Source: Octopus sinensis (Eukaryota). Taken from it: 64,000 nt of DNA. Under the pieces are notes generated by a model, which ran no database searches, was not told where the DNA came from, and saw only the letters and a list, made by a program, of their open reading frames with translations. The DNA is taken from contig NC_043006.1 of assembly GCF_006345805.1 (NCBI RefSeq), positions 51,150,001 to 51,214,000 of the forward strand. The letters run 5' to 3'. Below are positions 13,691 through 29,130 of the stretch, one piece after another. Every line of letters starts with the position of its first letter. Positions within the stretch are counted from its first letter, which is position 1. The translations under genes and the position numbers were made by a program.

Positions 13691-14590
13691 TGTAGCGTAG
13701 ATCTAACGGTAAGTTTACTTGATGGCAATTATCCTTCACTAAACTATATCCATCAACAGGATTTGAACTCGGTACGGCAAGCTAACGGTACATTGGTCAA
13801 TCTTAGAATGATGTCGTAACACACAACTACGGACGCCTGATCTTACAGTTGCGTGTATATATAATTCGATGGACAGGGCTCTTTGCGTTAGAATTTTATG
13901 TTTTATACTGTTTAGTCAGTGGAAAGAGACTTGTAGGAAAAAAGAAATTTCTTAAATCGAAAACTTAGCCCAAATACTTGTAACACAGTAAACTCTGCTA
14001 AAGCTATCCAAAGACAAGACGGTGGTATTAAACCGCTTGACGGATTAAGTCTACTACCAAAGAACTCAAGAAACCAGAACAAATGCCTCAAGGCCAGTGA
14101 CGCAGCGTAAGCTTTGACCGCCTCGTACGATAACCAAATTGGCTGCACTCTTCATTAAACATAAGATACCTTCGACAGCAACAAACACATATATATAAAA
14201 ATTGCCATCCTGTGCGATCGACACATTCAACGCTATGCCACTGTGCAAAGCTTCTCGCCCATCACTCCAGTAATTCTGCTAATCCATTGCCTTTGCTCTT
14301 GATTTATTAACCCCACCATCCTTGAAAGGATTAAAGGCAAAAAGACAGAACAAATTCTACAAAGCAGTTTGTCCTGCATTCTAACGGCTCTACCAATTCA
14401 CCGCCTACAAACTAAATGTATAATTCCTAAATGCAACAGATTACTTGCAGGAACCATTGACTATTATTCAGTTCTTTGATAGTTACAAATCATGTAGAGC
14501 CACAGCTCTGCAGAGCGAACAAATTGTTGGCCTACCGACATATAAATGTATCAACGACCAAAACTGTATCCGTTTATACATTATATATAT

Positions 14591-14711
14591 TCATCCTTTC
14601 GGGGTCGATAAATTAAGTACCAGTTACGCACTGGGGTCGTTGTAATCGACTTAATCCCTTTGTCTGTCCTTGTTTGTCTCCTCTGTGTTTAGCCCCTTGT
14701 GGGTAGTAAAG
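14591..14711 (+). mobile_element. SINE family D, 5'-truncated
   Basis: catcctttcggggtcgataaattaagtacc...gtagtaaaga followed by (TA)n. Confidence 0.75.
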
Positions 14712-14790
<79 letters not shown>

Positions 14791-14797
14791 TATATAT

Positions 14798-14828
<31 letters not shown>

Positions 14829-15317
14829 ACGCAGTTGAAACACTCCTGTCACAACATGGGACCTTGAAGACTGCTTTAATCCAAGAAAATATACTAGTCC
14901 CTTAATATTTGATATTCAATATTTCATCTATTCAATAAGACAATGAATACTTCATTTCATTTTACTATTTATACTATTTATACTATATATTCTATATTCT
15001 ACATTAATATTATAAAGAATATAAATAAAACATAAAAAACAGACAGAGTTGGAATTCCTTTGGGAGTGGGACGGGTAAAACACAGGCTACATATGTTTCT
15101 TAGCTAGCTGATCCTCTAATGCGGTGCTTCTCAATTTTTTTTTACCCTTGCGTAACCCTTAAAATAGATTGCATGTCTCAAGGAACCCCTGCACACAAAA
15201 AATTATATACCATATCTTTCTCATATTTTTTTCATCGTAGTTCACGTGGTAAATATCATATGTGTGTGTGTGTGTGTGCGTGAGATAAGCTAATGCTAAT
15301 TTCATGATATATGTATG

Positions 15318-15385
<68 letters not shown>

Positions 15386-15929
15386 TATGTATTCAACGGT
15401 TCTTAATAAAGAAAGAAACAAAAGGACTGCAATGACCATAATATACAAACTCACGGGATGTCGTGGTTGGAAAGCTTTTGATTATTTATTTACTCTTTCA
15501 GATGCTCATGGGCCTGCTCAATCACGACAAAAAGAGGGAACTTATGTGGTCACTAGACGTGCTAGAAATTACAGTCAAATCGCACTATTGTCGTAAAAAA
15601 GGGATATGGTCATAGCAGGAACGCCAACATAGCTAGACTATCCGGAGGCTTAAACAAGCGATTGTTCTGTTTAAATCAGATTTTGGTTATTTCAGTGACG
15701 TTGGCCAGTAGTTGGAATGACTGTTTATTTCAATTTAAAACCTCTTGACTTTAAACTATTTCACTAACCAGTAATAGGAATTGCTTGAAGCTAGTAGCTG
15801 AGTTGCTTCAAGTATTTTGTTGGTATTTTATTTGAAAATAAACTTGACCTTAGTAGAGACTAAATTCGAAAGTGGAGGGCAAAAGCTAGTGGAATGCATT
15901 TGCTTCGCAGCATTATTGTAGGTCTATAA

Positions 15930-16142
15930 TGGTCGTTCTCAACCATTTTCTACCTACGGATATCTTTGATTCCTATTTTACTCGAGTGAACCCTCATGAC
16001 CAATTGATGTTTAAAATAAAATCTTACATTTTAAGGGGTTGTATTAAAAAATTGTTAAGATAGTTCATGTATTGCAGGAGTATAACCAACTTGTACATAA
16101 ATTTTAATATAATCTTATATGGACCTCGGTTGAGAACCACTG
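15930..16142. mobile_element. hAT (Charlie-type) MITE
   Basis: 8-bp TSD GTCTATAA at 15922-15929 and 16143-16150. 15-bp TIRs, 12/15 matching (tggtcgttctcaacc / ggttgagaaccactg). Confidence 0.8.
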
Positions 16143-16390
16143 GTCTATAAAGGTAGGGGAAGGGGGGATAACTTCTATTGTGCTGATGGTTAGTGAACAC
16201 ATCCTGATCGGGAATACATATGAACTAGAAATATATAAAAGTGTATATAATATGAATTGTATAATATAGTTATGAGCTTATTGTTTACAATGGTCAGGTG
16301 CAGCGTAACTCGTCGAAAAAGGTTAAAGAGTGGGACAGAGAGCAGACATATAAGCCAACTAAAGGAAGACAGCAATAAGTACAGAATAAA

Positions 16391-16895
16391 GCGAGCTGGC
16401 AGAAACGTTAGCACGCCGAGCGAAATGTAAAGAAATAGGTATCTCGTCTGCCGCTGCGTTCTGAGTTCAAATTCCGCCGAGATCGACTTTGCCTTTCATC
16501 CTTTTGAGGTCGATTAAATAAGTACCAGTTACGCACTGAGGTCGATATAATCGACTTAATCCGTTTGTCTGTCCTTGTTTGTCCTCTCTGTGTTTAGCCC
16601 CTTGTGGGTAGTAAAGAAATAGGTATTTCGTCTGCCGCTACGTTCTGAGTTCAAATTCCGCCGAGGTCGACTTTGCCTTTCATCCTTTCGGGCTCGATTA
16701 AATAAGTACTAGTTACGCACTGAGGTCGATATAATCGGCTTAATCCGTTTGTCTGTCCTTGCTTGTGCTCTCTATGTTTAGCCCCTTGTGGGTAGTAAAG
16801 AAATAAGTATTTCGTTTATGTTCTGAGTCCAAATTCCGCCGAGGTCGACTTAGCCTTTCATACTTTCGGGAAATTAAGCACCAGTTACGCACTGG
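16391..16895 (+). mobile_element. SINE family D head followed by a head-to-tail array of 184-bp body units (about 2.5 copies)
   Basis: gtaaagaaata recurs at 16427, 16611 and 16795 (period 184). Confidence 0.85.
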
Positions 16896-17244
16896 CATTG
16901 TGCCTAGACTAAAAAAGAATAAGTAAAAAAAAAAGTGACCGTGCCCCAGCATGGCCACAGCTCATGAGCTGAAACTAGAATCAATCAATCATTAAAAACC
17001 ATAAAATATAAGATTACTTGGCACAAAAGGAATAGTGTTAGCGTATTTTGAGAAGTATGGAATTTTTGAAGAAAGTAGTGTCCTGACATTTAATGATCAG
17101 GGATAGTTTATTCCATGCTACAACAATACTGAGTATCAAAAAATGTTTCCGAAAACTGGGTGCTGTGCTGTTTTTTTTTTTTTTTTTTTTTTTAATATTG
17201 ATTTCATATTGATTATTAGGAGAGATTTTGAATTCAAAAACGTA

Positions 17245-17601
17245 ACCAACGCTGTTTTTGACAAGGTGTCGGCAGCACGTAAAAAGCACCATTCGAGCGT
17301 GATCGTTACCAGTGTCGCCTTACTGACACTTGTGCCGGTGTGCAGGTGACACGTAAAAAAACATGATTTTTTCGTGGCCGTTGCCAGTATCGCCTGACTG
17401 GCCCTCGTGCCGGTGGCACGTAAAAGCACCCACTACACTCTCGGAGTGGTTGGCGTTAGGAAGGGCACCCAGCTGTAGAAACTCTGCCAGATCTAATTGG
17501 AGCCTGGTGCAGCCATCTGGTTCGCCAGTCCTCAGTCAAATCGTCCAACCCATGCTAGCATGGAAAGCGGACGTTAAACGATGGTGGTGGTGGTGGTGAT
17601 G
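17245..17601 (+). mobile_element. 3' end of an RTE-clade LINE (5'-truncated)
   Basis: ggcgttaggaagggca...cccatgctagcatggaaagcggacgttaaacg plus a (GGT/GAT)n tail. Homologous to the reverse complement of 39205-39400. Confidence 0.7.
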
Positions 17602-17639
17602 GATAATCTTGCCGGTTTCTATCAAGTCAGCCGCTAGGT

Positions 17640-18900
17640 TTCGAAAGTTTAGTGCGTTGATATACAGAGAAGCAATATGTTCAGATGTGATAAGTGACTG
17701 ACAGTGGCTATTCGTCTTGTTGCTTGTCTCTTTGAGTTTCCAGCAGATTGATATTCTGACAAGATGCTGGTTTTAGACTGGAAATGCAAAGTATGGGCGT
17801 ACCATAGCCATGTATAGCTTTAAATAGATAACTGATGAGTGGTTGACAAAAGTCCTCCTGATTGATGCTAAGATACCTTCGGTCTTTTTAGTGATTTTAG
17901 AAACGTAGTTTGTCCAACGCAGATCATGATTGCCTAGGTCACGTACACCAGCAGAGTGGAGGCGCAATGGTCCAGTGGTTAGAGCAGCGGACTCGCGGTC
18001 GTAAGAACGCGGTTTCGATTCCTATACAGGGCATTGAGTGTTTATTGAGCAAAAACACCTAAGCTCCACGAGGCTCCGGTGGAGAGGGGTGGTGAACCCC
18101 GCTGCACTCTTTCACCACAACTTTCTTCCTACTTCTGCCACAAAGCAGAGGAACCATGGTGTAACCCACTATGGTGTGGTAAATTTTCAAACCCTAGTCT
18201 AGATTGCGAATCCTCTGTACCCAGGATTGTTCAGCACTCCACCCGTTAAAAAGCCACCGTTTACGGAATGAGGATAACAACGTAGCTTTCGTGCCTGTGC
18301 AACCGCCAGTCTATCGCGTGTGGTGGGTGGATCTTCAAATTGCCACACGCATTTAAGCCTAGCTTAAAGTAGGCTCGAATTAGAGATTATTCTTTGCGCC
18401 AAATGGCGTGAAGAAGAAGAAGAAGAAGAAGAAGAAGAAGACGACGACACCATCAGACCTCTTAAGGTTGTGAGGGAGTTGGTAAAACACAGGTTTTTAC
18501 TCTCCCCGAATGTATAATAGTACATGTCTGCAGCCAACCTGCTGCAATCTCTTCTGGTCACATTGCAGGTATGATTAATAGCGTATAAGATCCGTTCTAT
18601 TTATTTCTAAGTATAGTTTAATGTTGTCTGCATATTTTAACGCAGTAACATGCTTCAAGGTTGGCGTGTTTCACTAATGTATATAGCAGGAGACCAAGAA
18701 CAGATCCCTGTGAGACACCAGTTGTCATTGCATATGGTACAGAATGTTGTCCTAGTAGCGTTCAGTGTTCTTTCATATTTAAAGGCGGTAGGTTGGGATT
18801 TGAAGATAATTTATCTATCTATAAAGTAATGTTAGTGTTAAATGAATAAAGCATGACCGTTGTCTTTGCAAAGAGGAAATAACTCCGAATTTAGCAACAT
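17640..18900 (-). mobile_element. degraded CR1/L2-type LINE reverse-transcriptase region, interrupted by later insertions
   Basis: Minus-strand remnants GVSQGSVLG, KYADNIKLY and RDLG...LRW...IRRTF...LKLYMAMVRP, with stops and frameshifts. Confidence 0.65.
17958..18125 (+). mobile_element. tRNA-derived SINE family C nested in the LINE relic
   Basis: ggaggcgcaatggtccagtggttagagc...gtttcgattcc head. A related copy lies at about 51783-52031. Confidence 0.7.
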
Positions 18901-21900
18901 TATTTTACTCCAAAATTGGTTTTTTGAGCTTTTCCATTTTTTAAAAAATCGTTATGCAATGTACCCAGACATTATTACGGCAGCATATGGAAAGTCCTTT
19001 GAAAAACCTTATCAATAAGTCCATTCCTCTAAGACGCTAAGATGTACTTTGAATAAGATTTGGCTGCTACTTCTAGCAAGCCGAGGGATCACTTAGTAGA
19101 ATCCTTTAATCGTTGTTTTCAACAGCAAGTCGTTAGTTATACGAAGAGCATTGGACGACTACGCTCAGTGTCTTGTGTAAATATATTCTACTTCTTGGAA
19201 ATTTTCCAAAATTGTGACTTGACATTGGTGTGTCTCTAGATATCAAATAAGTCGGCTATACCACCCTTGATAATCTAAAATAGTTACCTACGAGTAAAAG
19301 TACCTGACACAGGTAAACAAACACCTTAACCACTCGGCCATTTCACATTTAATACGAGCGAAAAGGAACCTATGAGGTCAACTTCCAAGAAATAGTAGTC
19401 AAATTTCACCTTTCTTATATCTTCTGTATAATTCGTTAGATATCTTCCTCTGGAAAATCTTGCTTCAGTCCTTGTTGGTAAAGCACAATGAAGAGACACT
19501 GATGTATATTTCTCCGGGGTGCAAGCCAAGACCAGCAATTACCCAAGTATGTCTTTCCTATCCATGCCACTAATGTTGCCCAAGGGAAAGGCAACAGCTG
19601 ATACAGTTTGACGCGTTGTATTTGCAAAACAAAAGTTGAAGACAAGACAGAACTGCCAGCTTCTTGTTTACAGTTGATTAAATCCATCTCAGCATTTGAT
19701 TGGTACTAATACTCATACTTTATCGACTTCAGGGAGAATGAAGAGAAGTTCACCTCGGCAGGATTTACACACAGAACCTCTAAACCAGAACAAATAGCTG
19801 AAGGCACTGTGGATTCTGGGATAGACTACCCTAATTGTATTATACTGTGTAAAAAATATAAGTACTGTGTTTGGAAAAACTATCTAATTTTTCCTTAATC
19901 ACTTAACCTGAATGGCTGCCATAGACTGTTGCAGTCATCGCCTGTCACCCTAAGAGATGATGTAAATTTCTTCCTTCTTTATGTTGACACAACATTTAAG
20001 ATGACTATGAAGACCGGAGTATGTAAGTCTTTCCCGTTTTGTTAGTGCTGGAAATTGATTTTTTTTTTTAATCCACACCCTCACATAATGAAATGAAAAT
20101 GGTTTGATGCTATGTTCTATGATTATTCCAGCATATACTTCATGGAGATATCTTTTGCAGAATTTTCTGTCTCAAGATGACCATGTAATAATATCCTTGG
20201 GTAAGCAACTGTCTAAGCAGTGTCACATAGTGACACACCACATTGCAAATATGGTCTTAGATCGTTCACCCAAGGGCCTGAGATGAATAATCTTGACTTC
20301 TTATGCAATGGCCAAATTTGTATGAAGACATCTCATGCAACAAATATTTAACTTCCTATTGACCACACTTTGCAACCACAAAAGTGCAAAACTTGACAAA
20401 CTGCGACAGGTGCATTTAAATAAATGTTACGTATTTATACACTGTCATAAATTTTGAGTACAAACAGAATTATTGTCAGAATACAAGAGATGTAAGATCC
20501 TGTTGTAGATCAAATAGGTTCCACTTTTCTACTCAAGGCATTCACATATGCTAGACAGCTAACCCTTACTGTCCAAAAATTCTTCTAATCTCAGAAAGGA
20601 TATTTACAAAGAGTGACAAAGGTGTAAGTGGTAACTAACATTTGGAACTAGGAATGTGGTTTGGACTGTAATTTTACCCTTGACCATAGGTTAAGAAAAA
20701 CAGATTTGTAAGACTGAAATCAATTTAAGCAACGTGCCAACAATTCACAAGTGTATTAAATAATTGAAAGATTTTTGTAATAATAGACTAATGAGACTAA
20801 GATGTTCAGACGATTGAATGACTTTAAACATAAGCAGTTTTTAAAGTACCTAGATTTACATAAATGCACGGCAATACTCGGGTTTTCAAAAAATTGGCTT
20901 CCCTTCCTAAATTCTGCAATTTCTACAATGAACATATGCATAGTGTACACACACAAAACACTCATTTACTAAATTAAAACGTAAACCAATTGTATGAAAG
21001 ATTAATCTATGCATAAGTAGGCATCACTGTCATTAGAAGTGTTTCCCAACTAGTTTTAAGTTGTCCTACTGCAGACACCTTAGTTGTCTTCTATAGCATC
21101 GCTAACACCACAGCCTTAGATGGATTTGATAGGCAGAAACTAAAAGTCAAATGTGTATGTGCATATACATTTGGCTCCTTGACCTCAACTTTAACAGTTG
21201 TAAATCAGTGCCATCATCTTGAAACCGTCCTTTCTTCCATGAAGCTGTAGAAAATCCACCTCAGCTAATCCTATCTGACATGCAAGCAAGTGGACGATAA
21301 AACTATGATGATGGACTTTCACATATGCTTGGCATTGTCTTCACTCAAAAGATTCTTAGTGACCAACTTGAATGTGTAAATTGTGAGTTAAATTATAAAA
21401 GCTTATCTATATAAGTATGCCATGTAGGTGGACTGAAGCCAAATAAACCATTCACTTTTGTTTTTCCTCATTTACTGCCCAACAACCTTGACCTATTATG
21501 GAAATGGTTCATTTTTCTCCATTTTTTTTTTGTGATAGGGTTTTAAACTATCATTTCTGTGCCATTCCTATCACTATTACAATGGCCCCTCACTCAACAT
21601 TAGACATGCTACCCAAATTTTTCTCCAGGCTTAACCCACTAGATTCCTCTCTTAATTTCCTACAAATATTTACAGATGCTTATAACCTAAGTAAAGAGCC
21701 TGCAGGCAACTTCTTCCTATTATGAAACATTTAAGTGTAACTATCTCTTTACTATGGACTAACGAAAAAAATCTACCATTTATTGATTTTATGTTGCTAT
21801 TAAAAACTATACATTGCATACTGTGACAATGAGAACCCCTTTGGAAACATTTTATGAACCAACAAATACTCAAGGATTTACTCAGCAGGAAACTAACCAT

Positions 21901-22265
21901 CATCCTAGTTGAAATTTTTCAGTTGTCTCCCTTGCATCAAATCTCAGCTGATCAGTAAACCAGCTTCGTATGATGAGCAACTAAATTTTAAATATTTTAG
22001 ATCGAATTTGCTCACAAATTAATAACAGTATATGCATGCACCTTACATTAAACCCTATGTAAGTTGACTTAACCAATTTCAATCATTTTCAATTTTGACC
22101 CGATTTCATGACAAATGCCGTTGATTTAAGCAAGGAGTACATTCCCATTACGTTTCTGCCACATTACGAACCAGCATAATTTAATGAAAAGTCATACAAA
22201 ACAATATAAGGGTCTTATAATTTAATTTTTGCATTTATCGTTACATTTTATCATTGAGCAAGATT

Positions 22266-23429
<1,164 letters not shown>

Positions 23430-23432
23430 CTA

Positions 23433-23783
<351 letters not shown>

Positions 23784-23805
23784 CTAAACTATATTGTTAT
23801 ATAAC

Positions 23806-23835
<30 letters not shown>

Positions 23836-23836
<1 letters not shown>

Positions 23837-24031
23837 GAGGCGCGTGGCTTAGTGGTTAGGGTGTCAGCATCATGATCGTAAGATTGTGGTTTCAATTCCT
23901 GGACCGGGCGACGCGTTGTGTTCTTGAGCAAAACACTTCATTTCACGTTGCTCCAGTCCACTCAGCTGGCGAACACATACACCATAGAAACCGGGCCCAT
24001 GAGCCTGGCTAGGTTTTAAAAGGGCGCATTT
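23836..24031 (+). mobile_element. SINE family B, short-tail variant, in intron 1 of tubulin gene 2
   Basis: ggaggcgcgtggcttagtggttagg head. Near-identical to the reverse complement of 57498-57721. Confidence 0.85.
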
Positions 24032-24214
24032 ATTTATTTTTTTATTATATATATATATATAAATAAAAAATGGAGTTAACGCAGGTTTAAACAAGTATTT
24101 TTAATTTCTACATATGTTTTGCTGCCCTGGTAACTATTTATTTATTTTTCCGTGTTAATTGTTAACAAGGTAAAATACACTCATCTATTTATTATATATA
24201 TATATATATATATA

Positions 24215-25260
24215 TCCCTATATGGATCTTTTCAGTTTGAAGGCCAGATTTTCCTAGTTAACTAAACAATTTGAAACTTCGTATACTGGTAGAATGTGTC
24301 AAAAGAAAACATAATTGTAAACCAAAATGAAAACGGAATTGTAATTTCTAAGTTTAACGTTGTTTAATAATTCGAATTTTAACCAATGGCATTCTTTCTT
24401 TCGACCTCATTATTTACTGCCTCTCAAAATATTGTTACTGTGACGTAAACAGCTATTTTGTGGCGTAGTTAACGTAAACATATAAATAGCTAAAATGTAA
24501 ACATCTCCGCTATATCGTAAACTTCGTGGAGTATATATAAAATGTGTGTAGATCCTAAATAGCTACACACACATGTATACAAACATATGCACACATATTC
24601 TAATGCATATGCATATATGTGTATATATTTATAATGTGTGTATTATAGATGCATACATTATATATATATAAAAGATGTTTACATACAATATATATATATG
24701 TTATATACATCTACATGTATATGTATGTATGAATATATAAGTAACACAGAATTTGAATCAAACTGTCTTGATCCATGCATACACACACACACACACCAAC
24801 ACTACCATCCATGAGACACCCTAACATAATCAATGCTACTACTACTATCATCATCATTATCATCATCATCCACTGCCGCCACCACCACCACCACCTCTAC
24901 AAAAACACCAACACTATAATTGCTGCCATCATACACATCCACTGTCACCACTACACCACCACCACCACTGCCATGATAACCACATCTACCACAGCTGTTT
25001 GCTTACTGCTTACCCACTCACAAAATAGCTGTCTACGTCACAGTAACACTATGCAGCTAATAATTTCAAATGAAAACAGACAATACGATTGGTTAAAATT
25101 CGCAGATTTAAACTACGTTTAAACTTATAAAATACATTTTTGTCAAAAAAACTAGTTGAAATTAATGTTTTCGTTTGACACATTCTACCAGTATACGAAG
25201 TTTCAAATTATTTAGTTAACTAGAAAATCTGGCCTTCAAACTGAAAAGATCTCCAGAGGA
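24215..25260. mobile_element. non-autonomous DNA transposon with long TIRs, TA-flanked
   Basis: About 75-nt near-perfect inverted ends (gatcttttcagtttgaaggccagatttt...gtgtcaaa). Weaker pairing extends to about 180 nt. Confidence 0.75.
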
Positions 25261-25695
25261 TACTAACTACAACATATAGTTGGATGTGCATACCATGCTC
25301 ATCACCTTAGTATTACAACTAGTCACAAATAACATTTTACCTTTGCTAAATTTTTAACTTGTCCAGCTTTTCAATAAGATTAGCGACAGGAAGAACATCC
25401 AATCGTAAAAATGCTGCCTCAAATAAAGGCGTACAATGCGTGATAGCATGGAAAAGTGTTTCTCCGACTGACAAATACAACACTGTCCAACATAAATATG
25501 AGCAAAATCCGGCACCTACTGAAAGAGTTTGTCCAACACAATGTGGACAAAATAATGTTTTAAACAAGCTCGTTAAAAATTTATGATTTTATTTAAGACA
25601 GTACAGTGAAATTTATGCAACTGTAACCAAGGCGAGCAGCGCCGGAAAAGATTGCAGATAATCAAAGGACCATGTGAATGAATTCCCCAACCTCG

Positions 25696-25891
25696 GTACT
25701 ACTTAAAAGGAGTGGACCCAACGCACGCACCCTCGCTAATCCCCACCCCCACCCCAATTTACAGTTTACACGTATTTATACATGTGGAGGGTTTTTATTT
25801 TATTGCTGGTGTCACTGACTTGCGCGTATGCGTGCGTCAGTCTACTGACAACGCGGGTCCGCGCGTCGGGTCCACTCATTTTAAGTAGTAC
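25696..25891. mobile_element. MITE with 24-bp TIRs
   Basis: gtactacttaaaaggagtggaccc vs gggtccactcattttaagtagtac, 23/24. Confidence 0.65.
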
Positions 25892-28589
25892 TTGCAAAAC
25901 TATCTCTGCATTAAAAGCTCCCTTTCAAATGTCCTTCTAAACGTAACAAAAAAAATATGGAAGTATTCATGGAATGGAAGGCATTGTGTAATATCGGAAT
26001 AACAGAATGGAATTCTTATTGAAGTAAAATTAGTTGCGTAATGGCATACAGAGAATGTTGCGAAGGAAGTATGTGTGCGTGTGTATGTGCAATGCAAGCA
26101 ATAAAGACAAGAGTATTTGAGGAAACTAGCTCAACTCAAGAGTTCCGTGTTTTTGAGCGAAATGTAAGCGTGAATAACGGAGCTCATTAAAAGAAAGAAA
26201 TTTAAGGCATTACGTCATTAAGCAGAATAGAGAGAAGCAGAAAGCGGTAGTCGAAAATGTAAGGACGAAGATAATCTGATTGCCTGCTAAATGAATCGTG
26301 TGCGAAACAAGATAGAGAGAATATAAGAGTGAAATAGGTGGAAGGATAAAGAAACACGATAGAGAGAAAGGAGGAATGTTAATTGACGAGAGGAAAGAAA
26401 CAGAATAAAGTTCGCGATGAAAGGAATGATGAGAAAATAGCTTATGACGAGGCAGAGCATAGTAGGGATACAATTTATTAAAGAGCAATGAGTGAAATCT
26501 AAAGGGCAAACAGAAAGGGAAGAGGTGAGAACAAGCTTAAAAAAAGAAACAAGGTAATGGGAAGGGCAATGATTCACACAGTAAGCCAATGAAAAGAGTC
26601 TCTCCGCCGTCGCTTAGTCTTACTTATAAATAGCCCCCCACCACCACCACCACCACACGCGTCTGACTTTATAACTTTCTGAAAAACGCATAGTTTTCAA
26701 TAAAATTTTGCAGATTCGTTAAGTGAGGTGTAGATTACGATTCTGTTAAAAACTTTTTATTAATTTTAAATGACATTTTGAAGAAATGCGTTTGTGAGAT
26801 GTCAAATACAGAAGAAAAAAGTTATGGAAACTAGTGAAGTTGGTAAAGAAATTCTTAAAATTCCTAAATTTGAACATAAATCATGAACCTATACGCATTT
26901 TTCAGAAAGGTGATCGGACGGGCACCCAATTGAAGTTATGCCACTAAATCTTTTATCAAATCTCCTTGCTACCCAACTAACGCTGCGTAGAAAGCGAGTG
27001 TAAAATATTTGAAAGTGGAAGAAAACATTGAATAATAGTCTGGAGAAAAGGTAGGGTTGTCCCAGCAGAAACGTCATTTTTGTAAAGCTTACTTAATCAA
27101 AGATGACCTAAAATTAAAATTAAATATAAGAAAAAAAAAGGCTGCTGGCTAAGAGACTACAGAAGAGAGCGTTATAGACAATAGATTTAAGTAGACTTAA
27201 GAGATTAGACAAAGTTAGAAACTAAAGCAAGAAGGACATGTGATGGATAAAACGAAAGCTGTGAAGAGTTTCAATTGTAGAGGAAAGGATAGGATAGGCA
27301 CATACAAAGTATAAGCAATATAATGTAAAAATAGATATATTCAAGGAGACAACTTGTGACAAAGAGACAAGTGACAAACGAACAGGATGGTGCGTAGAAA
27401 GTCGATCTTTTTTTAATACTAGTTTAACAATGTCTAAATAAAACCAGTAGCGGTATTTCAATAAATATTCACAGGATATGAAGGAATATTTGAAGCAATT
27501 GTAATTTATTCTTATTCACTAAAATGTGACAATTATCCACCAAGTAATCGACTACACACGCGCGCAGAAATACAATTCCTAGGCACGAGGTTAAGCTAAC
27601 CAAATCTTCACAAGCTTAGTAGCAGCTACTGTACTGATGATCTCATCTTCCTGGGCTACATGAGATCATGTTGCTAGCTGCTATTGGCTTTGCTTTTAAT
27701 TAAATCCTACATACGCCAACTTCTAATGACTCATCAGAACCAATTTGGCAAACTCAACATGGTTACTCGATCTGCTAGAAATATTGACAATATTTCTTAA
27801 GGTATTTTAAACTGGGTATTTCTAAAATAAAAAGACTGGAATGTCTGATCACAAGTCTACTCATTGGCCGACTTGTAACTGAAAATTTTAAAGCTAGACC
27901 CGCTATACAAAGCACTCAAGTTTTCCTGTAATTAAACCTTACAACTGAGTCTTAAATCAATATAAAAGTCGGCATAAGTTAGAATACTTTTTGATTTAAG
28001 GCTATATATATATATATACTACCAAGGCTATATATATATATATATATAGGCAATCACATACATACTTTAGCATTAAAGCCAAATCAAGTCTTTATGGCAC
28101 ATTCAATTATGCTATGCTATCATAGAAAGATAGACGTGATAGTCACGGATGAAACGCCAGGTCTCAAGGCCAATAAAAGAGCCTTCAAGTTGCGGTGTAA
28201 TAAGACGAAAGATCTTTTACTTTTAAAACTTTTGAAAACCAAAACTGATTTGCTAAAATGTATTCACATGGTAAAAGGCTGAGAATCGATGCTACATTGT
28301 AACCCCTAAATACTCTGCTAGAAAAAGCAGCAATCTTTCTCTCAAAGGAAAAAAGGAGTGACGTTGAATAACCAGTTCCGCGCCTAGTAGGCAGTTGAAA
28401 AGCATTTAAAATGTAGAATTGAGCATTCGGAAATTTCTTTGGATTTCGCCAATTTATTTGTTAAAGCATGGCAGAATTTGCAATTTTTTCGTTCTTAACC
28501 ATAAAGTTCTACATTACTTTCTTGAGCGAAACATCGCTGTCATTTCGTTTTTATTGGAAGTGTATAAAATATGTCTGTTTAAAAGCGTA

Positions 28590-29130
28590 TAGTTGCTTTC
28601 TTAAAAAATTCGCTTCGCAAGCAAAAAATAAAAAGGTATTCTTCATATTTATGCGAAGGAAATACCAAATCCAAGCGATTTCAAATGCTGAACCTGATGT
28701 TCGAAACATTGTGCCCGAATTCAAACGGGGGTTAGATAAGGGCAGGGGAGGGGTTATTTCGAAACTACATATTTTCGATAAAGAAAATGCGTTGACAGCC
28801 CAGAACATCCTTGGATAAGAAAACTTTTGATCAAAAAGCATTCCAACCGTAACCACTAAGTCTTTTAGTATCTGATAAATCATCATGAGACAGTGATTCT
28901 TAATCTTTTTCACTTTCCGGCGCACTAGACATAAAAATTTTAACGCACTTCGCATGTAAAGTTACAGTTGTTTTAAGATAGAAAAGAAATCAGAAATATA
29001 AAGAATACTATTTCTGACCTTATTTTATTAATCATAGCATGTTTACCAAAATGTTCAAGCATTAATATGGATTTCTAAAGTTTAAATTTTTTTTTTTTTT
29101 TAATCCGCGGCACACCATTTGACAACCACT
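28590..29130 (+). mobile_element. hAT transposase C-terminal relic and right end
   Basis: Remnant peptides SSYLCEG and ISNAEPDVRNIV. The terminus ccatttgacaaccactg resembles Charlie ends. Confidence 0.45.

Noticed and set aside
25289-25296. Alternative ATG|gtatgc as exon 1 of gene 2
   Set aside because: Weaker donor with no conserved context. The 30363 site has GTAAGT and is duplicated with its upstream motif at 59.7 kb.
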